Source of the DNA: Peptococcaceae bacterium
GTDB lineage: Bacteria; Bacillota; Peptococcia; Peptococcales; Peptococcaceae
Assembly: GCA_900756555.1 (NCBI GenBank)
Contig: CAAEKP010000020.1
Location: 25,037 to 49,036, forward strand
Direction of reading: 5' to 3'
Length of the DNA: 24,000 nt
The notes beneath the pieces are model-generated. The model was not told the origin of the DNA and ran no database searches. It was given only the letters and a program-made list of their open reading frames with translations. Positions 1 through 8,304 of this stretch are shown here, in pieces. A program made the position numbers and the translations under genes. Position 1 is the stretch's first letter; the number at the start of each line of letters is the position of its first letter.

Positions 1-401
1 CGAAACTCGGTAACGATATCACTGGAAAGAAACTTAGAATTACTGCCTGTTACATAGACATCAATATTGGGTATACGCAGCAAGCTGTTCAGTACCTCCT
101 CAAACCGCGGCATGAATTGCACTTCGTCCAGTAAGAGGTAGTAGTTGCTGTTATCAGTCACTTCCTCCTTAATGTAACGGTAGCATGCCTGGGGATCTCT
201 TAGTGCTTCATTTTCAATGCCATCCAAAGCAATTTCAATGATATGTTTATTATCAACACCGTGTTTAAGGAGATAATTTTTAAAAATAGTAAAGAGTAAA
301 AAGGACTTTCCGCATCTGCGAATGCCTGTAATTACCTTTATCATATGATTATCTTTTCGTTCTATCAACTGTTGAAGGTAAGTATTTCTTTCAATTTCCA
401 T
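1..401 (-). CDS. AAA+ ATPase of the AAA_14/DUF4143 type; only the 5' part is present and the gene runs off the window start
   Basis: My translation of the minus strand from the ATG at 401-399 gives MEIERNTYLQQLIERKDNHMIKVITGIRRCGKSFLLF...NYYLLLDEVQFMPRF... It has a Walker A (GIRRCGKS) and a Walker B (LLLDE), with AGGAG about 7 nt upstream. It is absent from the ORF track because no stop codon lies inside the window. Confidence 0.7.
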   Translation of the reverse strand, partial: MEIERNTYLQQLIERKDNHMIKVITGIRRCGKSFLLFTIFKNYLLKHGVDNKHIIEIALDGIENEALRDPQACYRYIKEEVTDNSNYYLLLDEVQFMPRFEEVLNSLLRIPNIDVYVTGSNSKFLSSDIVTEF

Positions 402-595
402 CAAGCCACTCCTGATTCACGTGCATTTGCACGGTTTTTAGTAATAATATTGTAACGCAATAGAAAAGGAAAAGCAATATACACTCCTAATTTATGTGCA
501 TTTACACATTTTTATGTAGCAAGCTATAGTGTGACATTGTGATACATAAATATTTAACTACAGGATAAAACAATTTCTCAGAGTATATATAAATA

Positions 596-636
596 AGGGA
601 GTAGATTCAAGGGAAAATACTTAGAATCTACTCCCT
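596..636 (-). terminator. Stem-loop overlapping the stop codon of the XRE gene; probable intrinsic terminator
   Basis: A 13-bp inverted repeat, agggagtagattc (596-608) / gaatctactccct (624-636), is followed on the minus strand by a U/A-rich tract (uauuuauauaua). Confidence 0.5.
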
Positions 637-841
637 ATTTTTCGTCTGGAACATAACACAGCACATCTTCCACCTCACAGGATAGAATATCGCAAATAGT
701 ATTTAAAGTGGCAGTGGAGATATTTCGATTTTGTTTTAAGGAATCCAAAGTGCCGCGGCTGAAATTGTAATCTTTAATCAAGCTGTAAGTAGTAATTCCT
801 TTTTGCTTCATGGTTTTCCATAAAGGTTCAAATGATATCAT
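635..841 (-). CDS. XRE/Cro-C1 family helix-turn-helix transcriptional regulator (small, about 68 aa)
   Basis: The ORF-track protein was trimmed to MISFEPLWKTMKQKGITTYSLIKDYNFSRGTLDSLKQNRNISTATLNTICDILSCEVEDVL, a typical HTH_26-like small regulator. The purine-rich RBS GGGGGTGGG lies just upstream of the ATG at 841. Confidence 0.8.
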   Translation of the reverse strand: MISFEPLWKTMKQKGITTYSLIKDYNFSRGTLDSLKQNRNISTATLNTICDILSCEVEDVLCYVPDEK

Positions 842-886
842 CAATCCCACCCCCTGTAACAACCATTATATGGTGTGGGAGGATTG

Positions 887-915
887 TTGAATATTCCCGA
901 CATATCGGGTATAAT
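887..915 (+). promoter_or_regulatory. Near-consensus sigma-A type promoter (TTGAAT-17-TATAAT) facing the LysR gene
   Basis: TTGAAT at 887-892, an exact 17-nt spacer, and TATAAT at 910-915. The spacer contains the short inverted repeat cccga...tcggg. Confidence 0.45.
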
Positions 916-1091
916 AAAAAGAAATGTGGTGTTGGGCGAGAAAACAGAGAAAAGGGTACGATTACTATTGTAGAATAGTATCATAAAGTTTCCTTGTTAT
1001 GGATGCCATTTGAACTGATTTATTGATATATAGAAATTGATTTATAGTTACAGTCGTGAAATATGTATAGTTTGTTTTATGAGGTGAGTTT

Positions 1092-2012
1092 ATGAAATTA
1101 TCTTATTTAGAATACTTTCTGGATGTTGTCAAATTTGGTTCTATTACAAAAGCAGCTGAAGCGCACTATTTAAAACAAGGTAACCTCAGTAGGTATATTA
1201 AATATATCGAAGATGATTTCAATGCTACTTTATTTGTTCGGAGTAGCAAGGGAGTTGAGCTTACTCCAGAAGGAGAACAAGTTTATTTATGGGCCAAAGA
1301 AACACTTGATACACAGGACGCCTTAAGAAAAAGTTTTTCAGAAAAGTTAGTTGCTTCTCACCATGAAAGTGAAAAGATTGAACTACTTTTGTTGCCTTCT
1401 ATTAATAGCAATCTCTATTCAAGTATAATCCCTCCATTTTTACAAAAAGAACCACAAGTTCAACTTAATTCTTATGAAGAAGATTTATGTTCGATTATTG
1501 ATTTAGTCGAAAAAACTTCGTGTTCAATAGGAATTACTATTTTAGATGAAAAACGTTTAGAATATGTTGCGTCCAGAGCTAATTTAATGAATTTTATTTT
1601 AAATGAGAGAAACAAATTTGTGGTTTATTTTGATCAAAATAGCAACCTTATTAAAGATAATAAATCAATTAGTTTGAAAATGTTAGAAACACTTCCGATA
1701 TTAATTTATGCACCTTCAAAAGAACGTATTTCACCAATTATAGAAATTTTATCTGAATATGTTAATTTGAAAAATATTCAAACAGTTACCAATCTTATAC
1801 TATTTCATTCTTTACTTCATACAGGACAGTATATCTCTATTGCAATAGATAGTTCATATGAGATGGAAGAATATAGTAAAGTTATTATTCGCGATAAAAT
1901 TGTATTTTCTACATGCATTATAGTAAGCAAAGAAAGTTTTACAGTGCCTGTTATTAAGCGCTTTATTGAGTTTTGTTGTAATCAGGAAAAAGTAGTTTCT
2001 CATATTAGATGA
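1092..2012 (+). CDS. LysR-family transcriptional regulator
   Basis: The N-terminal LysR HTH reads MKLSYLEYFLDVVKFGSITKAAEAHYLKQGNLSRYIKYIEDDFNATLFVRSSKGVELTPEGE. The length of about 300 aa includes a substrate-binding-type C-terminal half. GAGGTGA RBS lies upstream. Confidence 0.85.
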   Translation: MKLSYLEYFLDVVKFGSITKAAEAHYLKQGNLSRYIKYIEDDFNATLFVRSSKGVELTPEGEQVYLWAKETLDTQDALRKSFSEKLVASHHESEKIELLLLPSINSNLYSSIIPPFLQKEPQVQLNSYEEDLCSIIDLVEKTSCSIGITILDEKRLEYVASRANLMNFILNERNKFVVYFDQNSNLIKDNKSISLKMLETLPILIYAPSKERISPIIEILSEYVNLKNIQTVTNLILFHSLLHTGQYISIAIDSSYEMEEYSKVIIRDKIVFSTCIIVSKESFTVPVIKRFIEFCCNQEKVVSHIR

Positions 2013-2066
2013 CAGTATTATTTTAGTAGTTTATATGTTGTAATCTTTATAAAATTGAATAAATCC

Positions 2067-2129
2067 AAAAGGTTGTTAAATAACAGTATATCATTTTTTA
2101 TATAACATTATTTAATAACCTTTTTTTTT
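2067..2129 (+). terminator. Rho-independent terminator after the LysR gene
   Basis: A 17-bp stem, aaaaggttgttaaataa (2067-2083) / ttatttaataacctttt (2108-2124) with one G-U pair, runs into a T9 tract at 2121-2129. Confidence 0.7.
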
Positions 2130-2253
2130 GGAATCTATTCTAATTAGAATATAGAACGTATAATTAAAACAAATAAGAGGACTCTTAATTAATGAAATTC
2201 CGTTTTGCAAATATCAAAAATGTTAAATGCAATATAGTATTGGAGGGATTAGG

Positions 2254-3642
2254 ATGGCTGAAGATGCAAAATTAACACGTACGGAACTTATTGGTTGGTT
2301 TGTTACAATTGCTTTGACTGTAATTTGTTTGTTGCTTCCAGAACAAGGTATATTAACTGCACAAATTAAAATATTTTTGGCAATTACAGTTTGTGCTTTG
2401 TCTTTAGCAGCATTTGAATTGGTTCCTACTCTTATGATTGGTGGCTTATTGCCGGCCGCATACGTTTTCTTTAAATGTGCAGATGTAAAGGTAGTTATGT
2501 CACCTTGGTTGGGTACCACAGCTTTGATGTTGGTTGGGGCGTTTTTTATGGCTGTAACTCTAGAAGACTGTGGTTTGTTGCAAAGAATTGCTTATAATTT
2601 GATGTGTTTTTCAAAAGGCAATTATTTTGTATTACTTATGACTATATTTTCCGTATCAGTTATTATGAACATTATCACGATTGGACGTGCTTATTTAATT
2701 ATGGCACCGTTGTGTTTTGGCCTTTGCGTATCTTTAAATGGTTTGAAAGGAAAAATTGGTGCCGGTGTTGCATCTGCGGTTATGATAGGTGGCTGTACAT
2801 CCCATATTTATAGTTATCAAGCCAGTGGATGGGGCGTTCTTTTAAAAATGGCAGAAGGATATATTGAGCCGGGTACGATTACCCCATTATCTTTATTGAT
2901 TCATAACTGGCCAATGATTATTGTATCGTTACTATTAATGGTTATTATTGCTAAATGGTATAAGCCAGAAGAAGATTTGGGAGATGTTAGTTATTTTCGT
3001 GATAAACTGAGCGCTTTAGGTTCAATGACCAAACGAGAAAAAAATAACCTGATTATGCTGACCATTGTATTGGTATTTATCTTTACCGCTTCTATTCATA
3101 AAATTGACATTAATGTTTGTTTTGCGGTTCTTCCTTGGATGGTATTATTGCCTTTCTTAAAAGGTGCCGATACAAGTACTATAAAGAAAATTAATTTTGA
3201 AATGATTTTCTTTGTTATGGCTTGTATGGCTATTGGTACAGTTGCGACTTCTTTAGGATTAGGTGCAGCTTTATCAACTGTAATTGTTAATCTTCTAGGT
3301 GGTAGCACAAGTATTTTCAAATTACTGACAGTATTATTTGGTATTGTATTTGGTTTAAATTTCTTAATGACACCATTAGCGATATTCGCATTGCTTGCAG
3401 TACCATTATTAGACATTGCTACAGGGATGGGGTTCAATCCGGTTCCGATTCTTTACTCGCTTAGTGCTTGTTCTGAAGCGATTCTTTTACCATATGAATA
3501 TGTACCATACTTACTTGTGTATAGTTTTGGTATGATTTCGATGAAAGACTTTATTAAGACAAATATTTTAAGATCTATTTTTGTCTTTGGAGGTTTCTTA
3601 TTAGTTATAGTACCTTATTGGATGTTAATTGGCTTAGTATAA
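2254..3642 (+). CDS. Polytopic membrane permease; looks like an ion-transporter-superfamily anion permease (DASS/ArsB/CitMHS-like)
   Basis: The ORF-track protein is hydrophobic throughout with more than 10 predicted TM segments and a central hydrophilic loop (KPEEDLGDVSYFRDKLSALGSMTKREKN), typical of two-repeat anion permeases. The start was moved to the ATG at 2254 (MAEDAKLTRTEL) because GGAGGG lies 7 nt upstream. Family assignment rests on overall architecture only. Confidence 0.7.
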   Translation: MAEDAKLTRTELIGWFVTIALTVICLLLPEQGILTAQIKIFLAITVCALSLAAFELVPTLMIGGLLPAAYVFFKCADVKVVMSPWLGTTALMLVGAFFMAVTLEDCGLLQRIAYNLMCFSKGNYFVLLMTIFSVSVIMNIITIGRAYLIMAPLCFGLCVSLNGLKGKIGAGVASAVMIGGCTSHIYSYQASGWGVLLKMAEGYIEPGTITPLSLLIHNWPMIIVSLLLMVIIAKWYKPEEDLGDVSYFRDKLSALGSMTKREKNNLIMLTIVLVFIFTASIHKIDINVCFAVLPWMVLLPFLKGADTSTIKKINFEMIFFVMACMAIGTVATSLGLGAALSTVIVNLLGGSTSIFKLLTVLFGIVFGLNFLMTPLAIFALLAVPLLDIATGMGFNPVPILYSLSACSEAILLPYEYVPYLLVYSFGMISMKDFIKTNILRSIFVFGGFLLVIVPYWMLIGLV

Positions 3643-3731
3643 AAAGTGTGACTTGTGCAATGTTCAGCTGTTATGCTATTGAACATTACCCATTCCTTAT
3701 AAATAAAACAATATGAAGAGGAGGAGTTATT

Positions 3732-5783
3732 ATGACAGACAGAAAAGCTGTAGCAGACAAAATTTTACTTTTGGGGGTTGATGGTCTTGATCCTCGTTTA
3801 ACTCGGAAATACGTAGATATGGGTCTTATGCCGAATGTAAAAAAATATATTGAGCGTGGTGCGCAGCGTCATGACTTAGTAATGTTGGGCGGGCATCCTA
3901 CCGTTACTCCGCCAATGTGGACAACTTTAGCTTGTGGTTGTTATGCGAATGTGCATGGTATCACTGGTTTTATGCGTTGTGGTAGTGATATTGACCTGAT
4001 TGATTATAACTTGGACTCTAGAAATTGTCATGCAGAACAATTGTGGAACGTATTTGCGGAAGCAGGCAAAAAAACTTTAGTATGGCACTGGCCAGGTTCA
4101 TCTTGGCCGCCAACTTCTGATAGCCCAAATTTGTTGGTTGTTGATGGTACCTCTCCAGGTTCTGTTGGTATGGCCACTTCTCAGATTGAATCTGAGTATT
4201 TAGTAGGTGCCAATGAATTATTTAAAGAAATTAAGTATATTCCAAAAGCACCAATGGAAGCAAGTGCAGCTTGTGTTGTAACGGATTTAGATTTAGATGA
4301 CACTAAAGGCGGCATTGACTTATTAGCTGGCGTTGGTAATATGGAAATGAAAGGTTATCGTAAATTACTTTGCAGTTTAGATCAGCATAGTACCTCTACA
4401 ACAGAAGCTTTGAATGATATGGTACAGTCTCCAATTAAACCAGCTACTGGTTGGGCTGCTGCCCCTGCAGATGCAAAAGAATTTGTTGTACTGTTCTCTG
4501 GCGGCTTAATTCGTCGTCCTGCTCTGATTCTGAAAAATGAAGAAGGTATTTATGATAGAGTAGCGCTGTATAAAAACAAAAAAGCAACAGAACCTATGGT
4601 TGTCTTACCATTAGGTGAATTGGTAGTAGAAATTGTTGATGAAGCAATTAAAAATGATAAAACTTATAGAGTTAATCGCAACATGAAATTGTTGAGATTG
4701 GATCCAGAAGGTAAAACATTAACCATGTATATTTCTGGCGCTATGAATATGGACAATGATAGTTGCTATCATCCAAAAAGTTTATTCAAAGATATTGCGG
4801 AAAACGTTGGTTATCCAACCCCAACATCTTTGTTAGGCCGTCAGGATTCCATGCTGATTACAGAGTGTATGTTGGCGAACTGGTATGCAACTGCTGACTG
4901 GCAGGCAAAATCCATTCACTATTTAATTGAAAAAGAAGACTTAGATATTGTATTCTCTCACTATCATGCAGTAGACTTAGAAGAACATCAGTTTATCAAA
5001 CACTTGGCAGAAAGACCATTTAACCGTCAGCCTGTAGAAGTAGCAGAAAAATGGATGCAAGATTTATATATCCAGACAGATTACTATCTAGGTCAATTCC
5101 TGCACTTCCTAGATGAAGGTTGGACTGTATTAATCTTCTCTGACCATGCGCAGGTAGCGCCAGCTCATGATATTCCGTTATTAGTTTATGCCGGTGGTGT
5201 GGGTATTCCACTAATGGAAGAAATGGGATTCACCAAAACTTATGTGGATGAAAATGGTACCCGTTTGATTGACTGGACACAAACAAAAGCAGTTATCCAG
5301 CGTGAAGGTCATGTTTATATCAACTTAAAAGGCAGGAATAAGCATACCTTACCAGATGGAACTGTAATTGATGGTATTGTTGATCCCGCAGATCAGTATG
5401 AATTGGAAGAAGAAATTATGACCAAACTGTATGAACTAAAAGACCCAGTAACAGGTCATCGTATTGTCAGTGTTGCATTGCGTAACAGAGATGCCGTATT
5501 ATTAGGCCAGGGTGGCCCAGAAGCCGGTGATATTCTGGTATGGCACGCAGAAGGCTACAACTTTGACCATGACGACTGTATTTCCACCACCTATGGTGAA
5601 AATGATACCTCGGTATCTCCAATCTTTATTGCAGCTGGGAAGGGAATTAAAGAAGGATACGAGACAGAGCGTGTTATCCGTCAGGTCGACTTTGCAGCTA
5701 CTGTTGCAGCTTTGGGCGGCGTGAGAATGCCAAGACAGTGTGAAGGGGCACCGGTTTATCAGATTTTTGAAAAAGAATTTTAA
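3732..5783 (+). CDS. Alkaline-phosphatase-superfamily enzyme (type I phosphodiesterase / nucleotide pyrophosphatase-like), 683 aa, no signal peptide
   Basis: Motifs seen are GVDGLDP (metal Asp), HPTVTPPMWTTLACG (Thr nucleophile context), HYHAVDLEEH and FSDHAQ (metal His/Asp pairs). GAGGAGGAG RBS lies upstream. The N-terminus MTDRKAVADKILLLG is not a signal sequence. Confidence 0.75.
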   Translation: MTDRKAVADKILLLGVDGLDPRLTRKYVDMGLMPNVKKYIERGAQRHDLVMLGGHPTVTPPMWTTLACGCYANVHGITGFMRCGSDIDLIDYNLDSRNCHAEQLWNVFAEAGKKTLVWHWPGSSWPPTSDSPNLLVVDGTSPGSVGMATSQIESEYLVGANELFKEIKYIPKAPMEASAACVVTDLDLDDTKGGIDLLAGVGNMEMKGYRKLLCSLDQHSTSTTEALNDMVQSPIKPATGWAAAPADAKEFVVLFSGGLIRRPALILKNEEGIYDRVALYKNKKATEPMVVLPLGELVVEIVDEAIKNDKTYRVNRNMKLLRLDPEGKTLTMYISGAMNMDNDSCYHPKSLFKDIAENVGYPTPTSLLGRQDSMLITECMLANWYATADWQAKSIHYLIEKEDLDIVFSHYHAVDLEEHQFIKHLAERPFNRQPVEVAEKWMQDLYIQTDYYLGQFLHFLDEGWTVLIFSDHAQVAPAHDIPLLVYAGGVGIPLMEEMGFTKTYVDENGTRLIDWTQTKAVIQREGHVYINLKGRNKHTLPDGTVIDGIVDPADQYELEEEIMTKLYELKDPVTGHRIVSVALRNRDAVLLGQGGPEAGDILVWHAEGYNFDHDDCISTTYGENDTSVSPIFIAAGKGIKEGYETERVIRQVDFAATVAALGGVRMPRQCEGAPVYQIFEKEF

Positions 5784-5811
5784 TAGCGTATTCTAATCAG
5801 GAATGTATTGG

Positions 5812-5850
5812 ATGTCCATAATGCTGCGTTGGCATTATGGACATTCTTTG
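5812..5850 (+). terminator. Probable intrinsic terminator after the AP-superfamily gene
   Basis: A perfect 13-bp stem, atgtccataatgc (5812-5824) / gcattatggacat (5832-5844) with a 7-nt loop, is followed by tctttggttg. Confidence 0.55.
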
Positions 5851-5910
5851 GTTGTGTACTTGGTAGAGATATCGTAAACAATGCTTGACGTGATAAGGAG
5901 GGAGTATGTT

Positions 5911-6372
5911 ATGTTAGAACATAATACAACAGAAAGAATTGATATGTTGAAGGGGCGGACAAAACGTTGTGTTTGCAAATACTGTGGAGGAAACCTGCGG
6001 TTGAGACGGATCATATTTAGTACTTATGAAGATACCCGAGTAGAGATTTTTTGTGAAAATTGCAATCGGATTGAGTTTGGTGTGGAACCAGAAGTCTATA
6101 TTAGTGCAAAATATTTTGTAGAAGAAAGTGGTTTTAATTGTTTTAGTGACTTAGATGACAATGAACGAACCAAACAAATGACCATTGCTAAGGTTTGCGA
6201 GATTATGACATGGCAAGATCAAAACATTGGGATATTAAATAAAGACGGATTTAATATTGATTTAATGATTAATGAAAATTTTTTAGGACAGTGCATTACC
6301 TTAAAAGAGCGTGATTTAGATTTTGATGTAGACTTAATTGAAGAAATGAATGCGTTGGAAGCTGGTGAATAA
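5911..6372 (+). CDS. Hypothetical zinc-ribbon protein (CxCxxC...CxxC) with an acidic C-terminus
   Basis: The start was trimmed to the ATG at 5911 (MLEHNTTERIDMLKGRTKRCVCKYCGG...FCENCNRIEFG) because AAGGAGGGAG lies 6 nt upstream. The stop is 1 nt before the next ATG. No family was recognised. Confidence 0.6.
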   Translation: MLEHNTTERIDMLKGRTKRCVCKYCGGNLRLRRIIFSTYEDTRVEIFCENCNRIEFGVEPEVYISAKYFVEESGFNCFSDLDDNERTKQMTIAKVCEIMTWQDQNIGILNKDGFNIDLMINENFLGQCITLKERDLDFDVDLIEEMNALEAGE

Positions 6373-6373
6373 A

Positions 6374-7195
6374 ATGAGTGAACCAATGAAAACGATTGAG
6401 ACGGATAAATTGTCGTGTAAGATTGGTCAACGGTATCTAATCAAAGATATAACATGGCAAATATATGCGGGAGAGCATTGGGTTGTTTATGGGTCTAATG
6501 GGAGTGGAAAAACTACCTTGTTAAGCATTATTACTGGTTTTCAGCATGCTACCAGTGGCACAGTTAAGATTTGTGGTGAAAACATTACTAGGACTAATGC
6601 ATTAGCGATGCGAAAACGAATAGGATTTGTCAGCAGTGCGTTTTTTGATAAACATTATTCTAAAGAAGCGGTATTGGATATTGTATTGAGTGGAAAATAT
6701 GGTACGCTGGGCATAGCTGGAGAAATTACATTAGAAGACATTAAACTAGCAAAAAGTTTACTGAAAGCGTTATTTTTAGAAGAAAAAATTTATTGCGGCT
6801 TTGATATGCTATCCAAAGGGGAACGACAGAATGTCATGATTGCCAGAGCATTATTTGGCAAACCGGACATTTTAATTTTGGATGAGCCTTGTAACGGGCT
6901 AGATGCGTATAATCGAGCGCACTTATTTAAAATTATAAAAGAATTGGCAAATCAGAGTGTCATGAACATTATTTATGTGACACACTATATTGAAGAAATC
7001 GATAGTACCGTGTTTCAAAATGCGCTTCTTTTAAAGAATGGTCGTGTTTTTGCAAAAGGCGCGCTACAGGAGGTTATGACAGAAGAAAACTTAAGTGCAC
7101 TGTTGAATTATGATGTTTGCTTGTACCAGGATGCGCGCGGAGCAATGAGTTTGGATATTATGACGGAGAGTAACATTGCTGCGCTATTAAACTAA
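6374..7195 (+). CDS. Stand-alone ABC-type ATPase (ABC transporter ATP-binding protein fold, ModF/YlmA-like); no cognate permease nearby
   Basis: Walker A GSNGSGKTT, signature LSKGERQ, Walker B ILILDEP and H-loop VTHY are all present. The start was placed at the ATG at 6374, 1 nt after the upstream stop, although 6386 is also possible. Confidence 0.85.
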   Translation: MSEPMKTIETDKLSCKIGQRYLIKDITWQIYAGEHWVVYGSNGSGKTTLLSIITGFQHATSGTVKICGENITRTNALAMRKRIGFVSSAFFDKHYSKEAVLDIVLSGKYGTLGIAGEITLEDIKLAKSLLKALFLEEKIYCGFDMLSKGERQNVMIARALFGKPDILILDEPCNGLDAYNRAHLFKIIKELANQSVMNIIYVTHYIEEIDSTVFQNALLLKNGRVFAKGALQEVMTEENLSALLNYDVCLYQDARGAMSLDIMTESNIAALLN

Positions 7196-7210
7196 GGGGA
7201 GGATATTCAC

Positions 7211-8146
7211 ATGAGTAATATTGAGCTTTTTAGGGATGCGCAGGCAGCACTTGACATGGGTAAAAAAGCTATGTTGGGTTATTTTGACATTGAGTTTACC
7301 ATGTACGGGACAGCGTATTTGTTTGATGGCGAAATGAGTTATCGTATCAGTGACGAGGATGATCAAATTTATCACTTTATGGAAACAGCAGCTGCCAAGG
7401 ATATCTTTTGCGCGAATATTTGCCAGTATAGCAAACGATATAAAGTACCTTCTGGCACAAAAGAAGAAAAAGAGCTATTGATCAAGTATATTACAGCCAG
7501 ACAGTTACAGCAGCTTTATCCAAAAGAACTATTTGAACAATTGTCCAGCATTGCAGATATAGCAAAAGAAAATATAGCATATTCAATGCTGAAACAAGAG
7601 CAAGAATTGTTGGAAGGTCTGTTTGAAGCAGATGAACTTCGTTATTATGAAGAATTGGTGCAACATTGTTATGATGTATTTGCATTAGATAAAAATAGTT
7701 ATCAGGAACTACGGAGGTGGATTGTTGAAGAAAGACGTAACATAGAGGAAGATTATATAGAGAAAGATATTTTTGAAAAAACCTTTTATGGTATCGCTTA
7801 TAAAACAGACAACGGTTATAAGTATATCAGTGACGGTTTGCGGAAAAATATGTACCGTAAAAAGTATATACTACAACAAGATGCTACAATTCTCTCACCA
7901 ATTTTTAGTCAAACATATTGGTATAATTATACGTATCGCTTGTCGGATGCAAAGCAAGATTATCTAAAACGATTTAAGAAAGTAATTGACATAGACTATA
8001 TGCAAAAAATAGAGCAAATAAGCGTAAAAAATCAATATGCCTCTAAAATCGATGGGTTAGGCATGATTACCCAAGCCGAAAAGGAAATGGGGCGTGCTGC
8101 GGCGAAAACCTTGCAACGGTATCTATATACTTGGCGGTTGCTGTAA
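7211..8146 (+). CDS. Hypothetical protein, 311 aa, no recognisable domain
   Basis: A long ORF with a strong RBS (AAGGGGAGGA) 6 nt upstream of the ATG, 15 nt after the ABC ATPase stop, and followed by a terminator. Composition is rich in Tyr, Lys and Glu. Confidence 0.6.
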   Translation: MSNIELFRDAQAALDMGKKAMLGYFDIEFTMYGTAYLFDGEMSYRISDEDDQIYHFMETAAAKDIFCANICQYSKRYKVPSGTKEEKELLIKYITARQLQQLYPKELFEQLSSIADIAKENIAYSMLKQEQELLEGLFEADELRYYEELVQHCYDVFALDKNSYQELRRWIVEERRNIEEDYIEKDIFEKTFYGIAYKTDNGYKYISDGLRKNMYRKKYILQQDATILSPIFSQTYWYNYTYRLSDAKQDYLKRFKKVIDIDYMQKIEQISVKNQYASKIDGLGMITQAEKEMGRAAAKTLQRYLYTWRLL

Positions 8147-8183
8147 GAAGGGTCTAAAAAGAAGTTGTTAAACGATAATAATG

Positions 8184-8221
8184 AGAGGATGTTGCCATAT
8201 CGGCTTCATCCTCTTTTTTTC
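8184..8221 (+). terminator. Rho-independent terminator closing the three-gene operon
   Basis: The stem agaggatg (8184-8191) / catcctct (8207-8214) is followed by a T7-8 run. Confidence 0.7.
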
Positions 8222-8268
8222 TCCACATTTTCTTAACAGTATTATCAAAAATTTTTTGCAAAAATCCA

Positions 8269-8297
8269 TTGACTTTACGGGGTAATCGTACTATATT
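8269..8297 (+). promoter_or_regulatory. Sigma-A type promoter of the hrcA heat-shock operon
   Basis: TTGACT at 8269-8274, a 17-nt spacer, and TATATT at 8292-8297. The CIRCE operator starts 8 nt downstream of the -10 element. Confidence 0.6.
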
Positions 8298-8304
8298 TAT
8301 ATTG

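Noticed and set aside
2223-3437. Minus-strand ORFs (98 and 113 aa) inside the permease gene, plus a 69-aa plus-strand off-frame ORF
   Set aside because: They are fully overlapped by the long hydrophobic permease ORF, so they are spurious.
2254-7195. The idea that the ABC ATPase (6374-7195) energises the permease at 2254-3642
   Set aside because: The permease is a secondary-transporter type, not an ABC TMD. The two genes are separated by another gene and a strong terminator (5812-5850) and belong to different operons.
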